Part shown: in pieces, positions 18,777 through 20,000 of the stretch
Layout of the letters: the number at the start of each line of letters is the position of its first letter
Numbering within the stretch: the stretch's first letter is position 1
Program-made: the position numbers and the translations under genes
The notes under the pieces: model-generated
Told to the model about the DNA's origin: nothing
Database searches by the model: none
What the model saw: only the letters and a program-made list of their open reading frames with translations
Assembly (NCBI RefSeq): GCF_000281045.1
Contig: NW_008246078.1
Coordinates: 840,403-860,402, forward strand
Origin: Saprolegnia diclina VS20
Lineage: Eukaryota
Direction: 5' to 3'
DNA: 20,000 bases

Positions 18777-20000
18777 TTACAAATGGCTGCCCTCCTTGGT
18801 CAAGCGCAAGTGCTGCAGTTGGCAGAGCACCGCAGCATAGTGCCGCATAAAGAACGTCCGCTGGTCGAAGTGACCCTTGGTCAGCTTGGCAGTGAGCTGC
18901 GCACAAAGCTCCTTGTCAGTTGCCGCATCGACATTGTAGACGGCAGCGAGGTCGCGCAAAGCCACGTCGCCTTGGGATGTGAACGGGTGCCGGATCGTGT
19001 AGAACGTCCTGCACCGTGTCATGGACGGTCCAACGCGGTCAGCCACGATCCTAGTCGACTAGCTTCCACCTCTGTCGTTTAAAGCACCGGAGGGTCGTAC
19101 CACTGCTTGGTGTCGATCGTCCATTGGCGTCCGTCATCAATGTCTTCCCTTGGGCGGTCGGCCTCGTCGTACAAAATCGTTCGCAGAGCAATCGTCATCC
19201 GATCGGGCTCCCGGAACCGGCCGCTAAGGACGTTGTAGCGGACGACGCGCTGGCCCGGGTACGGAATCTCTTCTGGGAGGTACTGGATGTCTTGGCGCTG
19301 TGTTTGTGAAAAGGCGTCGACGTCGAGGGGCCCGGCCAAACTCTGGTCGCGGTACGCGCGAGCAAACGTCTTTTCGGCGACCCAGTACCCGGCGGCGACG
19401 TCGTCAAGGTCAAATGGCATCAACTCTTGCGTCATGACTTGAATGCAAAGGAGCGGGCATGCCATGTCGTCGCCAAAGGATACGTGCACGTCGAGGCAGT
19501 GGCTGGCGTCGGTGGGAAAAGCCACGTGGGCAAGCGCTCTGTCCGTGTTGTGGTAGACCTGCCGTAGAATCCACTCGTACGCCACTTGGCGCGACGCGTC
19601 GTCGCCAGCGAGCAGCTGCGAGTGGCGCCACGTCTCCTCGACAAGGCTCGGTACACGCTAGTGAAGCATATGCGCATGTGAGAAGGCGAGGCGGGCATAC
19701 CTCGTTGGGCCGCACGACGCGTGCCATCCAGTCTTGGAGCGTCGCAAGCAGCGTCTTGGCATGGGCCACTTGGCGCTTCAGCGATCGGTTTTCACGCACT
19801 TGCTCGAGCGTGTCGTCCTGGAGCGCCTTGGCCACGTCGTGCCACGACAGCGTCGCGATGTGCCCCGACCGCTTTGGGATCGCTTCGAGCTCCTGCGTCA
19901 GATCGTAGATGTAGTTGCGCAGCGACTGCATCTGCCGCGCACGCTTGGACCGAATGTGCGCCAGGCGCGGGTCCTTCGATGGCCGCAGGCGTGGCGGCGC
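18777..20000 (-). CDS. M96-like family paralogue D, 5'-truncated by the window edge, 3 exons (>20000-19701, 19657-19101, 19050-18777)
   Basis: The frame is open to the window end ('PPRLRPSKDPRLAHIRSKRARQMQSLRNYIYDL...LSWHDVAKALQDDTLEQVRENRSLK'). Introns 19700-19658 (43 nt) and 19100-19051 (50 nt) give 'EETWRHSQLL' and 'DTKQW|IVADRVGPSMTRCRTFY'. Confidence 0.85.

Noticed and set aside
11725..19635. Repeated GCGCCACGTC-like sequence in each paralogue as additional G-box sites
   Set aside because: It is the codon string for the conserved ETWRH protein motif, so it is explained by coding constraint.
1..20000. tRNA, rRNA, CRISPR array, prokaryotic operon/defence system or intact transposon
   Set aside because: No cloverleaf/T-loop context, rRNA signature, regularly spaced repeats, or transposase, RT or integrase motifs were seen by eye. 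A covariance-model scan was not possible.

Overview
This is eukaryotic genomic DNA: GC-rich coding sequence, compact spacing, and very short GT-AG introns of 40-57 nt. It is most consistent with an oomycete of the Saprolegniales (Saprolegnia/Achlya-like), which is an inference from gene content and intron style. The left half (1-9.9 kb) is a dense block of seven genes: a Myb/SANT-like protein, a 3-exon hypothetical protein (possibly C1orf109/AIRIM-like), a putative mitochondrial protein (possibly mS31-like), an exosome RNase PH-type subunit (MTR3/EXOSC6-like), cytochrome c1, lipoyl synthase, and a uridine kinase with an N-terminal hydrophobic anchor. The right half (10.9-20 kb) is a head-to-tail minus-strand array of at least four diverged paralogues. 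Each has a basic/coiled-coil (bZIP-like) N-terminus, an 'L[SPA]W[EH]DVAxAL[KQ][DE]D' motif and a conserved C-terminal domain ('ETWRH[ST]QL', 'TK[QF]W', 'TRCRT[FY]Y'), resembling the oomycete M96 mating-specific-like family. A ~3.1 kb gene-poor gap interrupts the array and contains a tight cluster of bZIP-type cis-elements. No tRNA, rRNA, CRISPR array or intact transposon could be supported. All family assignments come from motif recognition by eye, not database searches.
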